Positions 27,849 to 39,265 of a stretch of 64,000 nt of DNA are shown here, one piece after another. Below the pieces are notes generated by a model. The model saw only the letters and a program-made list of their open reading frames with translations, made no database searches and was not told where the DNA came from. The DNA is from Nannocystis sp. SCPEA4 (GTDB lineage: Bacteria; Myxococcota_A; Polyangia; Nannocystales; Nannocystaceae). How positions within the stretch are numbered: the first letter of the stretch is position 1; every line of letters starts with the position of its first letter. The DNA is taken from the NCBI RefSeq assembly GCF_026626685.1, contig NZ_JAPNJX010000021.1, positions 233,329-297,328 on the forward strand, read 5' to 3'. The translations under genes were made by a program, and so were the position numbers.

Positions 27849-29042
27849 ATGCACACCGCGTCGCGTCTCTCGCTCTCGCTGTCTGCGGCCCTCGCCCTGC
27901 AGGCTTGCCTCGACCCCAACGCCAACACCGAGAGCGCCTCGACCACGACCGGTCCCGGCACCCCCACCGACACCACCACCGGCGTCCCCAGCGACTCGAC
28001 CACCGACGATCCGACCGGCGGCCCGCCCGTCACCACCGGCGCCGAGGCGATGTGCGGCGACGGCCTCGTCGACGCCGACGAGGAGTGCGACCTCGGCCCG
28101 GCCAACGCCGACGACGGCGACTGCACCACCGCCTGTCGCAACGCCGTGTGCGGCGACGGCCTCGTCAACCCGGCCGCCGAGCAGTGCGACGAGGGCCCCG
28201 ACAACGCCGACGACGGCGCCTGCACCACCGCCTGCCTCCCGGGCGTGTGCGGCGACGGCCTGGTCAAGTCGGACGAGGCCTGCGACGACGGCGTCAACGA
28301 CGGCAGCTACGGCGGCTGCGCCGAGGACTGCAGCGCCGCCGCCCCGGCCTGCGGCGACGGCCAGCTCGACGCCGAGTTCGAGGACTGCGACGACGGCCCC
28401 GACTGCCTGCCGACCTGCAAGTTCGCCCGCAGCTGCCTCGACTGGCAGACCGCCGATCCGGCGGCCGTCAGCGGCATCTTCACGATCCGCCGCGAGGGCA
28501 TCATGGACCCGCTCGACGTGTGGTGCGCGCTCGAGGCCGAGGTCGACGGCGGCGGCTACACCTTCCTCAAGGTCGACGTCTCCGGCATGAACCCGAACGC
28601 GCCGTCGGCCAGCAGCGCCGAGACCACCTGCGCCGACTTCGGCATGCGGCTGTTCGTCCCGCGCAGCCCGGCGCATACCGTCGCCGCCCATCAGTTCGCC
28701 GTCGCCGACAACCTCCCGCCGGTCGGGGGCGGCATGACGGGCAGCGGCGCCGACTACCTGCAGATCCTGGGGATCTATCCGGTCACGCCGGGCGAGAGCT
28801 GCGTCGATCAGCCGCTCAACGCGGAGGCCTGCCCCGAGTGGCAAGCCGGCGACGAGCAGACCTGGTGGGTCAGCGACGCGGCCGTGGGCAGCGGCGAGCC
28901 CGACATCATCGGCGCCTGCTCGGGCTGCTCGATGCTCTACCAGTGGAACCAGGACGGCACCGTGAAGAGCTACAAGGCCCTGCCGCAGCCGGGAGGCTAC
29001 AGCTTCCGCTTCCTGTGCGACGTGGGCGATAAATTGCCCTGA
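27849..29042 (+). CDS. Lipoprotein with four Myxococcus cysteine-rich repeats (CGDG...E.CD.G) and a C-terminal fibrinogen-related-like domain.
   Basis: ORF track. The Cys-rich repeats are 'CGDGLVDADEECDLG', 'CGDGLVNPAAEQCDEG', 'CGDGLVKSDEACDDG' and 'CGDGQLDAEFEDCDDG'. The C-terminal domain has 'SGIFTIRREG...VWCALEAEVDGGGYTFLKV'. Confidence 0.7.
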   Translation: MHTASRLSLSLSAALALQACLDPNANTESASTTTGPGTPTDTTTGVPSDSTTDDPTGGPPVTTGAEAMCGDGLVDADEECDLGPANADDGDCTTACRNAVCGDGLVNPAAEQCDEGPDNADDGACTTACLPGVCGDGLVKSDEACDDGVNDGSYGGCAEDCSAAAPACGDGQLDAEFEDCDDGPDCLPTCKFARSCLDWQTADPAAVSGIFTIRREGIMDPLDVWCALEAEVDGGGYTFLKVDVSGMNPNAPSASSAETTCADFGMRLFVPRSPAHTVAAHQFAVADNLPPVGGGMTGSGADYLQILGIYPVTPGESCVDQPLNAEACPEWQAGDEQTWWVSDAAVGSGEPDIIGACSGCSMLYQWNQDGTVKSYKALPQPGGYSFRFLCDVGDKLP

Positions 29043-29073
29043 CGCGCGCGGCGGGTTGTGTCATTTTTTCGCC

Positions 29074-29937
29074 ATGGCTCGCTTACCTCGCAAAATCGCG
29101 CTCTTCGTCGCTCTGGCGCTCGCGCCCGGCTGCATCATCTCGGGCGGCGACACCACCAGCGAATCCGACACCAGCAGCGAGTTCGTGTGCGACGACCCGA
29201 ACTCCTACCTCGACGGCGAGACCTGCTACTGCGACGACGGCTACGAGTACTGCACCGACGATCCCAACGACCTGTCGTGCTGTCCGATCGACGAGACCAC
29301 CTCCTCGCCGAGCGTCGGCACCACCACCGTCGAGCCGACCTCGACGACCACGCCGACCACCACCGAGCCGACCACCGAGACCGAGGCCACCAGCCTCCCG
29401 GAGACCACCAGCACCAGCACGACCGAGGGCACCGCGAGCACCACCGCCGAGACCACCGAGGGTGAGAGCACCACCACCGGCGGCCCCGAGTGCATGGGCG
29501 CCCAGCCGCCGCCCGACGCCTGCAGCAACGGCCAGTTCTGGTGCACGATGACCGAGGCCTGCGGCCCCGAGGGCAGCGAGGTCTACCGCTGCGAGGGCAA
29601 CGAGTGGGTGCTCGAGCCCAACCTCGCCAAGGACAGCTGCAACTTCGACGGCTACGACTTCGCCTACGGCTGCGTCGACGACGGCAAGAACGTCGAGTTC
29701 GTGTGCGGCGACGGCCCCGGCACCCCGTGCGACAACGCCGACGCCCCCAGCTGCGCCGACCAGACCAACCTCAACACCTGCATCTACGGCAAGCTGGCCG
29801 AGTTCGACTGCTTCGTCCAGTGCACCGAGGTCGGCGACGACATGATGACCCTCTACGACCACGGCTTCTGCGGCGAAGACATGGGCACCTCGGTGTGCCT
29901 CTGCTGCGACATGGGCGAGCCCGGCTGCCCGATCTAA
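29074..29937 (+). CDS. Thr-rich, Cys-rich secreted lipoprotein (hypothetical).
   Basis: ORF 29056..29937 with the start placed at ATG 29074, 'MARLPRKIALFVALALAPGC'. Confidence 0.65.
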   Translation: MARLPRKIALFVALALAPGCIISGGDTTSESDTSSEFVCDDPNSYLDGETCYCDDGYEYCTDDPNDLSCCPIDETTSSPSVGTTTVEPTSTTTPTTTEPTTETEATSLPETTSTSTTEGTASTTAETTEGESTTTGGPECMGAQPPPDACSNGQFWCTMTEACGPEGSEVYRCEGNEWVLEPNLAKDSCNFDGYDFAYGCVDDGKNVEFVCGDGPGTPCDNADAPSCADQTNLNTCIYGKLAEFDCFVQCTEVGDDMMTLYDHGFCGEDMGTSVCLCCDMGEPGCPI

Positions 29938-29999
29938 GCGCGCGACCGAAGACGCGGGGCTGTGGAGGCGCCCGAAGACGCGGGACGGTGGAGATCTGG

Positions 30000-31500
<1,501 letters not shown>

Positions 31501-31943
31501 TTCGCGGACGATGGCGCCTGCGCGCGCTCGCCTGCGGCCCCTCCCGCCTGCGTCCCACTCCGCCGCTCCGTGCCCGCCTGCGGAGAGCGTCGCCGGCCCC
31601 GCTTGTCGCCGTGCGAGAGGCTCAGCGAGCGGCGGCGACTGCGACGCGACCGACTGCGGTCCGCTCGCGGCTCCGGCCCGGGTGCGGCGTTCAACATGAG
31701 TCTTGAGTAATGTCTCATAGGACAGGTCTTTTTCGGCATGTCATCAAAGCCAGGCCGGCCCGCTGTCCTCGGACGACGTATCGTTGCCCTGGCACCAGCC
31801 GGACCCGCAGCTTTTCCGGAGCTCGCGCGGGTCACACTCGTCTCGCGCCTACCCGTGAAGGCTGGCTCCCCGACCCGGTCTTCGCGGGACCCTGTGACCG
31901 ACGAGCGTGTCTTCGCGCCGGTCGATCTGTCCCTGGGGACAGA

Positions 31944-32423
31944 TCATGAGCGGAACCCGGAACGCCGCGCGGCGACCTGGTCGGCCGCCCAGGCGATCCA
32001 GAACGCGTCGTCGGGATCGACACCCGCCCGCACGGCGCTGGCGATCGGCGCGTCTCGGAGCGCCCGCTCGACGAACTCGTCGGGCAAGAGCACGTGGTGG
32101 GCCTCGACGTAGTGGGCCAGGCCTTCCGGCCAGACCCACACGCCGTCCGTGAGGCACCGCGAGCCCATGTGCGCGTCGTCGATCCCGCAGTCGAACCGGC
32201 AGAACGAGAGGCCGCGCCACTCCGCGAAGACCTCGCCGCGCCGCAACCACTCGGCGCTCCGGCGCAGCTGGCCGGGATCTTGATCCGTCGCTACCAGCGC
32301 CTGCGGCTCGGGATAGTCGACATGTCGCTCGTTGTGCCAGTAGCCCACGGCGCGCAACGGAGGCGCGAGGGGAAGCACCGGCTCGACGCGACCCGCTCGC
32401 CCGTCTCGCCGCCTCGCAGGCAT
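31944..32423 (-). CDS. Hypothetical protein (159 aa).
   Basis: This is the C-terminal part of ORF 31944..33119, from ATG 32423. It lies immediately downstream of the esterase gene. The rest of that ORF overlaps the esterase out of frame. Confidence 0.5.
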   Translation of the reverse strand: MPARRRDGRAGRVEPVLPLAPPLRAVGYWHNERHVDYPEPQALVATDQDPGQLRRSAEWLRRGEVFAEWRGLSFCRFDCGIDDAHMGSRCLTDGVWVWPEGLAHYVEAHHVLLPDEFVERALRDAPIASAVRAGVDPDDAFWIAWAADQVAARRSGFRS

Positions 32424-32437
32424 CGTCCGGCCCCGAC

Positions 32438-33283
32438 TCAGCGGCGCGCCAGCAGCTCGGCGTGGTGGCGCAGGTGGTCGCCGATCACCGTCGCCACGAA
32501 GAAGTACCCGTGGTCGTAGCCCGGGTGCCGGCGCACCTCGACCGGCTGGCCGGCCCGCTCGCACGCCGCCGCGAACACCTCCGGTCGGAGCTGCTCGCCG
32601 AGGAACTTGTCGGCCTCGCCCTGATCGATGCGCAGCACGTCGGCGCGACGGTGGCCGTCCTCGATCAGCGCCGTCGCGTCGTATGGGCGCCACAGCGCCG
32701 CGTCCGGCCCGAGGTACGCCGAGAACGCCTTGATCCCCCACGGCACCTGCGACGGCGTGACGATCGGGGCCAGCGCCGACACCGAGCCGAACAGCGCCTG
32801 CTCGCGCAGCCCGAGCACCAGCGCCCCGTGGCCGCCCATCGAGTGGCCCATGATCCCGAGCGCGCCGGGCCGCTGCGGGAAGTTGGCGGCGATCAGCGCC
32901 GGCAGCTCCTCGGCCACGTACGAGTACATGCGAAAGTGCGGCGCCCACGGCGACTGCAGCGCGTCGACGTAGAACCCCGCGCCCTGCCCGAGGTCGTAGG
33001 CCGGGTCGTCGGCGACGTTCGACCCGCGCGGGCTGGTGTCGGGCGCCACCACGATGAGCCCCAGCTCGGCCGCGTAGCGCTGGGCCCCGGCCTTGACCGT
33101 GAAGTTCTCCTCGGTGCACGACAGCCCCGACAGGTAGACGACGACCGGCAGGGCCCGCCGCGTGCCCTCCTCCGGCACGAACACCGACAGCCGCATCTCC
33201 GTGCCCGTCGCCGTCGACGCGTGGCTGTAGGTCCCCTGTACGCCGCCGAAGCAGCGGCTCTCGCTGATCGTCTTCAGTGCCAT
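32438..33283 (-). CDS. frmB: S-formylglutathione hydrolase (esterase D family).
   Basis: ORF 32438..33340 trimmed to ATG 33283. 'KTISESRCFGGVQGTYSHAS' and 'IMGHSMGGHGAL' (the catalytic Ser motif) are typical of FrmB/YeiG. Confidence 0.85.
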   Translation of the reverse strand: MALKTISESRCFGGVQGTYSHASTATGTEMRLSVFVPEEGTRRALPVVVYLSGLSCTEENFTVKAGAQRYAAELGLIVVAPDTSPRGSNVADDPAYDLGQGAGFYVDALQSPWAPHFRMYSYVAEELPALIAANFPQRPGALGIMGHSMGGHGALVLGLREQALFGSVSALAPIVTPSQVPWGIKAFSAYLGPDAALWRPYDATALIEDGHRRADVLRIDQGEADKFLGEQLRPEVFAAACERAGQPVEVRRHPGYDHGYFFVATVIGDHLRHHAELLARR

Positions 33284-33386
33284 CGCCGCGACCGTAGCAC
33301 CCGCCGACCCGCGCGGGAAGCCACGCCCGTCACTCGCCACGGCGACCGCGAGGCGTCGACGTTCGCCTGGCCGATCGGTCAGGTCG

Positions 33387-34547
33387 CTAGAACCGGCCGC
33401 TCAGGCCGATGCCGCCGCCGCCGCGGTTGAGCGTCGGGAACAGCGACAGCTCCGACGCGCGCTCGCGGTTGAGCCGGCGGTGCTTGGACAGCTTGACCGA
33501 GGCCAGGACGATGAGGCCCACGCCAGCGATGGCGACGAACACACCGGCGACGGTGGCCAGGTCGCCCTTGACCTCGGGCCGCAGCTCGACCTGCGTCAGC
33601 ACGCCGGCCGAGTCCCCGCCCGTGTCCCCGCCCGTGTCCCCGGTATCGGTGCCCGTGTCCCCGCCCGTGTCGGTCCCGGTGTCGCCCTCCTCGCGGAAGC
33701 GGACGCGGCCGCGCTCGGCGAGCGTCTCGTCGACCGGGTCGAAGCGCGGGCTGGTGCGGGCCCAGTAGGCCAGCGCCACGCCGCCCGCGGCCATCACCGT
33801 GCCGACGGCGAACGCGGCCCCGATCCACGGCGGCGCCGCCGGCTGCTTGACCATGCGGTTGAACGGCCGCCCGCCCGGCGCCGTGTCGATCTCGGGCGCG
33901 ATCTTCTTGATCTTCGGCTGCGCCTCGTCGATCCGCTTCATCAGTTCTTCGAGCCGCTTGCGGGCGTCGGCGGTCTCGGGGAAGCGGTCGCAGCCGGTGC
34001 CGTAGCGCTTCTTGCAGGCGCGCAAGTAGTCACCGATGATGAGCTGCCCGCGCTTGAGCATCTCGACCTCGCCGGTCTCGACGAACAGCTGCTCGTAGGC
34101 GGTGACCGCGTTGAGCAGCATCGCCGAGCGGACCGTGTGGTTCGACTCGTTCTCGGACAGGGCCTCGAGCGCCTTGACCCACAGGCGGGCCGCCTCGCGG
34201 TAGTTGCCCTCGTCGAAGCGGGCCGACGCCTCGACGTCGAACTGCAGGGCCAGGGTGTCGCTGCCGACGTTCGGCTTGCGCGACATCGTGATGCCCGAGC
34301 CCTTCTGCGGCCCGGCGCCGCTGGTGGCGCGGGACCCGGGCGCGACCTGGCCCTCCTCGAGCGGGGCGTCGGGGATCGCCTCGTCGCCGGCCTCCGGCAT
34401 GTCGGAGTCGATCGGCCTGCTCGTGCTCGCGGTGCCGACCGGCGCCGCTTCCTTGGTCTTCGCCGGCTTGGCCACCACGGGAGGCGCGATCAGCGAGGCT
34501 GCGAGCACGACGCACAGGCCGTGGAGCGGACGACGCGGGAGCTGCAT
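33387..34547 (-). CDS. Secreted/membrane protein with TPR-like helices, a (GDTGTDTG)n low-complexity tract and a C-terminal TM segment.
   Basis: ORF track. It has a signal peptide, 'MQLPRRPLHGLCVVLAASLIA'. Confidence 0.65.
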   Translation of the reverse strand: MQLPRRPLHGLCVVLAASLIAPPVVAKPAKTKEAAPVGTASTSRPIDSDMPEAGDEAIPDAPLEEGQVAPGSRATSGAGPQKGSGITMSRKPNVGSDTLALQFDVEASARFDEGNYREAARLWVKALEALSENESNHTVRSAMLLNAVTAYEQLFVETGEVEMLKRGQLIIGDYLRACKKRYGTGCDRFPETADARKRLEELMKRIDEAQPKIKKIAPEIDTAPGGRPFNRMVKQPAAPPWIGAAFAVGTVMAAGGVALAYWARTSPRFDPVDETLAERGRVRFREEGDTGTDTGGDTGTDTGDTGGDTGGDSAGVLTQVELRPEVKGDLATVAGVFVAIAGVGLIVLASVKLSKHRRLNRERASELSLFPTLNRGGGGIGLSGRF

Positions 34548-34868
34548 GGACGTCCGTGAGGATGACGCGACCCCCCGGCTTCGCGCAAGGCCCCGCCGAA
34601 ATCGTCAAAACGCCTCCGCGCGAGCCCCCTGGCGCCATTTGGGCACGGCCGGAGGTCAAGTTGACACGCCAGTCTGTCAACCTGGCGCTGCGCACCTGCG
34701 CACCCCCTCGGTTTGCGCCGAAAACTCGCCTCGCGCGCGCACATGTGCGAGCCCCTGGGCGTGACCCCGAGCGAGGCAGCGGCCCCCGACTGCGACGGCG
34801 ACCCGATCGCCGAGCCCGCAGAGGGCTCGCCCTCGCCCGTGGCGGACCAGGGCGACGAGCGGCGGGCC

Positions 34869-36095
34869 ATGGACCCGTGGCTGTTCTTCGCCGCCATGTC
34901 GCTGGCCTGCCTCGGCCTCGTCATGGTCTACAGCGCCAGCGTCTACACCGCGCGGGTGCGCTACCACGACTGGGAGTACTTCCTCGGCCGCCAGAGCGTG
35001 CTGTTCGCGCTCGGCACCGCCGTCATGGTCCTCACCTCGCGGCTCGACTACCGGCTGTTCCGCCGCTTCGCCCCCCACCTGATGGGCATCGGCCTGCTCG
35101 GCCTCCTCCTCGTGCTCGCCGTCGGCGACGAGGTCAACGGCGCGCGCCGGTGGATCCGCGCCCCCGGCATCAACATCCAGCCGAGCGAGCTCGCCAAGGT
35201 TTTCTTGGCGATGTTCCTCTCGTCCGTGCTGGCCCGCCAGGGCGAGCGCGTGCGCCGCTTCAAGGCCGGCTTCCTCCCGCCGCTCCTCATCGCCTCGATC
35301 ACCATGCTGCTGGTCCTGCTCGAGAAGGACCTCGGCACCACGATCCTCCTCGGCGCCGTGACCCTCACCGCGCTGTTCGTCGCCGGCACGCGGATCACCT
35401 ACGTGGTCGCCGCCATGATGCTGGCCGCGCCGCTCGCCTGGTCGCAGATCGTCGGCGTCGGCTTCCGCAAGGGCCGCCTGCTCGACTTCCTCTCGGGCGA
35501 GCAGTCGTACCAGATCCAGCAGTCGCTGATCGCCGTCGGCTCGGGCGGCACGTGGGGCCTCGGCCTCGGCGCCGGCCGGCAGAAGCTCGGGTTTTTGCCC
35601 GAGAACCACACCGACTTCATCCTCGCCAGCATCGCCGAGGAGCTCGGCCTCGTCGGCGTGTGGACCGTCATCGGCCTGTTCTGCCTGCTGGTGTGGCGCG
35701 GCCTCGTGGCCGCCCGCGGCGCCCCGGACCGCTTCGGCACCTACCTCGCCGTCGCCCTCTCGGCCCTGTTCGGCTTCCAGGCGCTGATCAACATCTCCGT
35801 CGTCCTCGATGTGATCCCCGCCAAGGGCATCACCCTCCCGTTCCTGTCGTACGGCGGCTCGTCGCTGCTCGTCAGCATGGGCGCCACCGGGATCCTCCTC
35901 TCGATCTCCCGCCGCCCGCGCCCGTGGCGGATCAGCGATCAGCGCAACCGCGCCCCCGCGCCCGAGCGCCCGTCGCGGACGGATCGCCTCGCGCGCACCG
36001 CCGAGCCGCCGCGCCGCTCCTGGTGGCCGTGGAAGCGCGCCCCGGCCGCTGCCGCCGCCGGCGCCCGCCGCAACACCCGCGTCGCGCGCCCCTGA
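34869..36095 (+). CDS. SEDS-family peptidoglycan glycosyltransferase (FtsW/RodA/SpoVE). The start may be ATG 34743 or 34869.
   Basis: The frame of ORF 34713..36095. It has multiple TM helices and 'GINIQPSELAK' and 'LPFLSYGGSSLL' motifs. The out-of-frame 802-aa ORF 34556..36964 is rejected. Confidence 0.75.
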   Translation: MDPWLFFAAMSLACLGLVMVYSASVYTARVRYHDWEYFLGRQSVLFALGTAVMVLTSRLDYRLFRRFAPHLMGIGLLGLLLVLAVGDEVNGARRWIRAPGINIQPSELAKVFLAMFLSSVLARQGERVRRFKAGFLPPLLIASITMLLVLLEKDLGTTILLGAVTLTALFVAGTRITYVVAAMMLAAPLAWSQIVGVGFRKGRLLDFLSGEQSYQIQQSLIAVGSGGTWGLGLGAGRQKLGFLPENHTDFILASIAEELGLVGVWTVIGLFCLLVWRGLVAARGAPDRFGTYLAVALSALFGFQALINISVVLDVIPAKGITLPFLSYGGSSLLVSMGATGILLSISRRPRPWRISDQRNRAPAPERPSRTDRLARTAEPPRRSWWPWKRAPAAAAAGARRNTRVARP

Positions 36096-36317
36096 GCCAG
36101 CAGGCGCATCCGCTCGCGGACGCGAGCATCTGCCGCAGGACCTCCGGGCCCCGGGCGCACCTCACCGTCGCGCGGCTCCCAGCCCACGGCCTCGCGCGGA
36201 CGTTCGCCGCCGATCCATCGGCAAGCGCACAGCTCACGGTTCTCCGGCGCACCCGTCCTCGCCTCCGGCGCCGAGCCGCTGGCGAGCGCCCAAGAAATCG
36301 CCAATACTCTCGCGCAC

Positions 36318-36899
36318 GTGCCCCTGCGCGCCCTGCCCGAAGCGCTCACCTATCGCGTCGACCTCGCGCCCGGCGAGGTCCTCGCACGGCTCCGCGGCGA
36401 CGCCGACGTCCAGGTCGTCGAGGGTTTTCCGGCCCGCAGCCGCACCCGGCGCAAGTTCCTCGCCGAGCTCGGCCCGCGCAAGTTCCGCGTCTGTCAAAAT
36501 CAGACCGCCGGCGTCGTCGACACCGGGCCGGCCATCATGCGGCGCATGACCCTCGAGGCCGAGCTCGTGCCCATGCCCCAAGGGACAGCCGTCCAGGTCC
36601 GCTTCACGCGCGGCCCGTTCGCCCGCCAGGCCAGCTTTTGGATCATGTGGGCCACCAGCTTGGCCTGGCTCGGCCTCACCGGCATCACCGGCGCCAAGCT
36701 GGGCCTCGTCGCCATGTTCATGGCCCTCACCGTCCCCGCCTTCTTCTACGACCTCGCCCGCGCCCGCGGCACCGACGAGGAGCGCCTCGAGCTGCTCAAC
36801 CTCATGGAGCACCTCCTCGGGCCCTCGCTGGTCGGCGACAACCCGCTGGAGAACACCCCCTACCGCCGCCCCCGCCGCCTCCCGCAGGCCACCAGCTGA
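36318..36899 (+). CDS. Hypothetical membrane protein.
   Basis: ORF track. Its C-terminal half has hydrophobic helices. Confidence 0.45.
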   Translation: MPLRALPEALTYRVDLAPGEVLARLRGDADVQVVEGFPARSRTRRKFLAELGPRKFRVCQNQTAGVVDTGPAIMRRMTLEAELVPMPQGTAVQVRFTRGPFARQASFWIMWATSLAWLGLTGITGAKLGLVAMFMALTVPAFFYDLARARGTDEERLELLNLMEHLLGPSLVGDNPLENTPYRRPRRLPQATS

Positions 36900-37077
36900 G
36901 GTCCGCGAGCGACCGCGACGGCCTCGCGCGGCTCCGGGCGGTCCACCCCCGCACGCGTTCGTGAATCGCCGGCCGCGATCGCGGTGCGGCGTCATTGCCC
37001 TCGGACGCCGCCCGAGACGGCGCCGCGCCGACCCGCGCCTCGACACTCGTTGGCCGCGCGGCTAGCTTTCCCGGGCC

Positions 37078-38052
37078 ATGTTCCGCGTCGTCGTCGCGTC
37101 GTTCGCCCTGGCCGTCACCGGCTGCATCTTCTTCCCGCCGGCGGGCGGCACCGACAGCGACGGCGGCACCGCGGGCGAGCCGCCCAGCGAGCTGTTCATC
37201 GCCGTGGGCGACGGCGGCAGCATCGTGCGCTCGGAGAACGGCGCCGACTGGACCATCTCCACCTCGGGCGTCACCGTCGCGCTCAACGACGTCGCCTACG
37301 GCGCCGAAATGTACGTCGCCGTCGGCCAGGCCGGCAAGATCCTCCACTCCGAGGACGGCGTCGAGTGGAACGCCTCCTCGAGCCCGTCGACGCGCGACCT
37401 CTACGCCGTGCGCTATCACGGCACCCGCTTCGTCGCCGTCGGCGGCGATTACAGCGTCGGCGCCGAGACCCTCGAATCGGAGGACGGCATCACCTGGACC
37501 CGGCCCGACCTGCCGATGCCCAAGCACATGCTCGTCGACCTCACCGGCGACGGCGTCACCCTGGTCGCCATCGGCAATTACCAGGCCGAGGCCATGAACT
37601 TCGGCGCCTTCAACTGGCAGGACGGCGTCGGCTGGGTCCAGCGCATCGACGGCAGCCCCACCGGCGATCGCTACAGCGCCATCGGCCACGGCGCGCCGAA
37701 CTTCGCCATGATCGGCCCGAGCAAGAGCGCCTATTCGGGCGACGGCCTGACCTGGAATTACACCCCGCTGTTCAATCTCGCCGCCGACCCGCGCGGCCTC
37801 ACCTACGGCCCGGGCGGCTGGGTCGCCGTCGGCGGCGGCGGCCAGATCCTCGGCTCGAGCGACGCCATCACCTGGCTCGTGCGCGCCTCTCCGTTCATGA
37901 CCACCCTGCTCGACGTCGCCAGCGACGGCCAGCGCCACGTCGCCGTCGGCGCCGGGGGCAACATCGCCTACAGCCCCGACAGCCTCACCTGGACCGCCGT
38001 CACCCCGCCCGTCACCGCCGACCTCCGCGGCATCGCCCACACCCGCCAATAG
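37078..38052 (+). CDS. β-propeller-like lipoprotein with repeated 'G.I..S.DG..W' blades (BNR/Ycf48-like).
   Basis: ORF track. Lipobox 'LAVTGC'. Confidence 0.65.
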   Translation: MFRVVVASFALAVTGCIFFPPAGGTDSDGGTAGEPPSELFIAVGDGGSIVRSENGADWTISTSGVTVALNDVAYGAEMYVAVGQAGKILHSEDGVEWNASSSPSTRDLYAVRYHGTRFVAVGGDYSVGAETLESEDGITWTRPDLPMPKHMLVDLTGDGVTLVAIGNYQAEAMNFGAFNWQDGVGWVQRIDGSPTGDRYSAIGHGAPNFAMIGPSKSAYSGDGLTWNYTPLFNLAADPRGLTYGPGGWVAVGGGGQILGSSDAITWLVRASPFMTTLLDVASDGQRHVAVGAGGNIAYSPDSLTWTAVTPPVTADLRGIAHTRQ

Positions 38053-38130
38053 CGGCACGGAGTTCGCCGACGTCGATGAGCACGTCCTGCTCGTCGCCCT
38101 GTCGGTGAGTTTCGCGTAACCTCGCGCTCC

Positions 38131-38703
38131 ATGAGCCGCGAATCCGCGATCGACATCTGGCGGAGACTGGAAGCAAAAGGCGCACGCGTGCGGTACCGGC
38201 CCGTGACGCGTGCAGACATCGAGAAGGCGGAAACTCAGCTCAAGGTGCGGCTGCCGCCCTCGTACGTCGAGCTCGTCACGACGTTGGGAGCGCCCGCGGT
38301 GCTGCCTCGGCTGCCTCCCGGCGCCGATCCGAAGCGCGCGGAGAACCTCGACTTCACCGTGCTGATCCCGCGAGAGATCGTGAAGTGGACGAAAGAGCTG
38401 CGCCGGTCCCTCGATCCCGACATGTTCGAGGAGCCCGAGTCGCTCGAACGCGTGCGCAAGCAGCTGGCCAACGCGATCTTCTTCCAGTTCGGCGTCGACG
38501 CCGGCGAGGGATTCGTCTTTCTCGTCGATACCGCCGATGCGTCCGGTGAAATGAAGGTCGCCGACTACAGCCACGAATACATCGAAGAGCTCGACTGGGG
38601 TCCGGATTCCGCCGTGGTCTTTGCCTCGCTCGCGGCCGCCACGGCGAACGCGGCGACGCAGATCGAGGATTCGTGGGACGAGTACTGCGATCGCCCGGCA
38701 TGA
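38131..38703 (+). CDS. SMI1/KNR4 (SUKH-1) family immunity-type protein.
   Basis: 'IEKAETQLKVRLPPSYVELVTTLG' is the hallmark. Its GC is lower than its surroundings. Confidence 0.75.
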   Translation: MSRESAIDIWRRLEAKGARVRYRPVTRADIEKAETQLKVRLPPSYVELVTTLGAPAVLPRLPPGADPKRAENLDFTVLIPREIVKWTKELRRSLDPDMFEEPESLERVRKQLANAIFFQFGVDAGEGFVFLVDTADASGEMKVADYSHEYIEELDWGPDSAVVFASLAAATANAATQIEDSWDEYCDRPA

Positions 38704-38722
38704 GTCGTCCTGAGTCACCCAA

Positions 38723-39082
38723 ATGAGCGAGAGCACCGAGTATCATTTCCTCGATCTCTTGATCGATGACTGCGAAGATGGCCTGCGCCAGGTCGCCCTG
38801 GCGTCGGACAACCTCACCATTCAGTGGCGTGCCCTTCCCGCGGGCGGGCTGCGCGAGATGCTCAATCTCCTGAGAGATCGGAACGGAGACTATCTGCAGT
38901 TGAATGTGGGGCGCCTGTTCAGCGATGCCGCCGTGTTCCTGGTTCGACGGGAGACCATCATCAGTTTCAAGGTGACATCCGAGCAGCGCCCGGGCGATCT
39001 TGTGCTCATGCATCTCACAGAGGCCACGATTTCCAGACTCGAGGATGCGTTGGTGGACGCCATTGAAGATTGGGGGCCATAG
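38723..39082 (+). CDS. Hypothetical small protein (119 aa), ~56% GC.
   Basis: ORF track. It lies 20 bp after the SUKH gene. Confidence 0.5.
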   Translation: MSESTEYHFLDLLIDDCEDGLRQVALASDNLTIQWRALPAGGLREMLNLLRDRNGDYLQLNVGRLFSDAAVFLVRRETIISFKVTSEQRPGDLVLMHLTEATISRLEDALVDAIEDWGP

Positions 39083-39265
39083 AGCGCCGGACGTTCGCCA
39101 AGGGCCGGGCGGGGTCGTCCTCGCCGATGCGGGCCGCGACGGGCTGGGCCGACCTCGCGCGGGTGCGATGGCCGGAGCTCACAGGGTGGTCGTTGAGCGC
39201 GGAGGGCCGCTCGGAACGCCGCTTCCTCGACCTGACCGTCGCGTCCTCGCCCGGCACTCGCTACC

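Noticed and set aside
34556-36964. An 802-aa plus-strand Arg/Pro-rich ORF.
   Set aside because: It is out-of-frame over the SEDS (FtsW/RodA) gene and the following real ORFs, with an implausible composition (>25% Arg).
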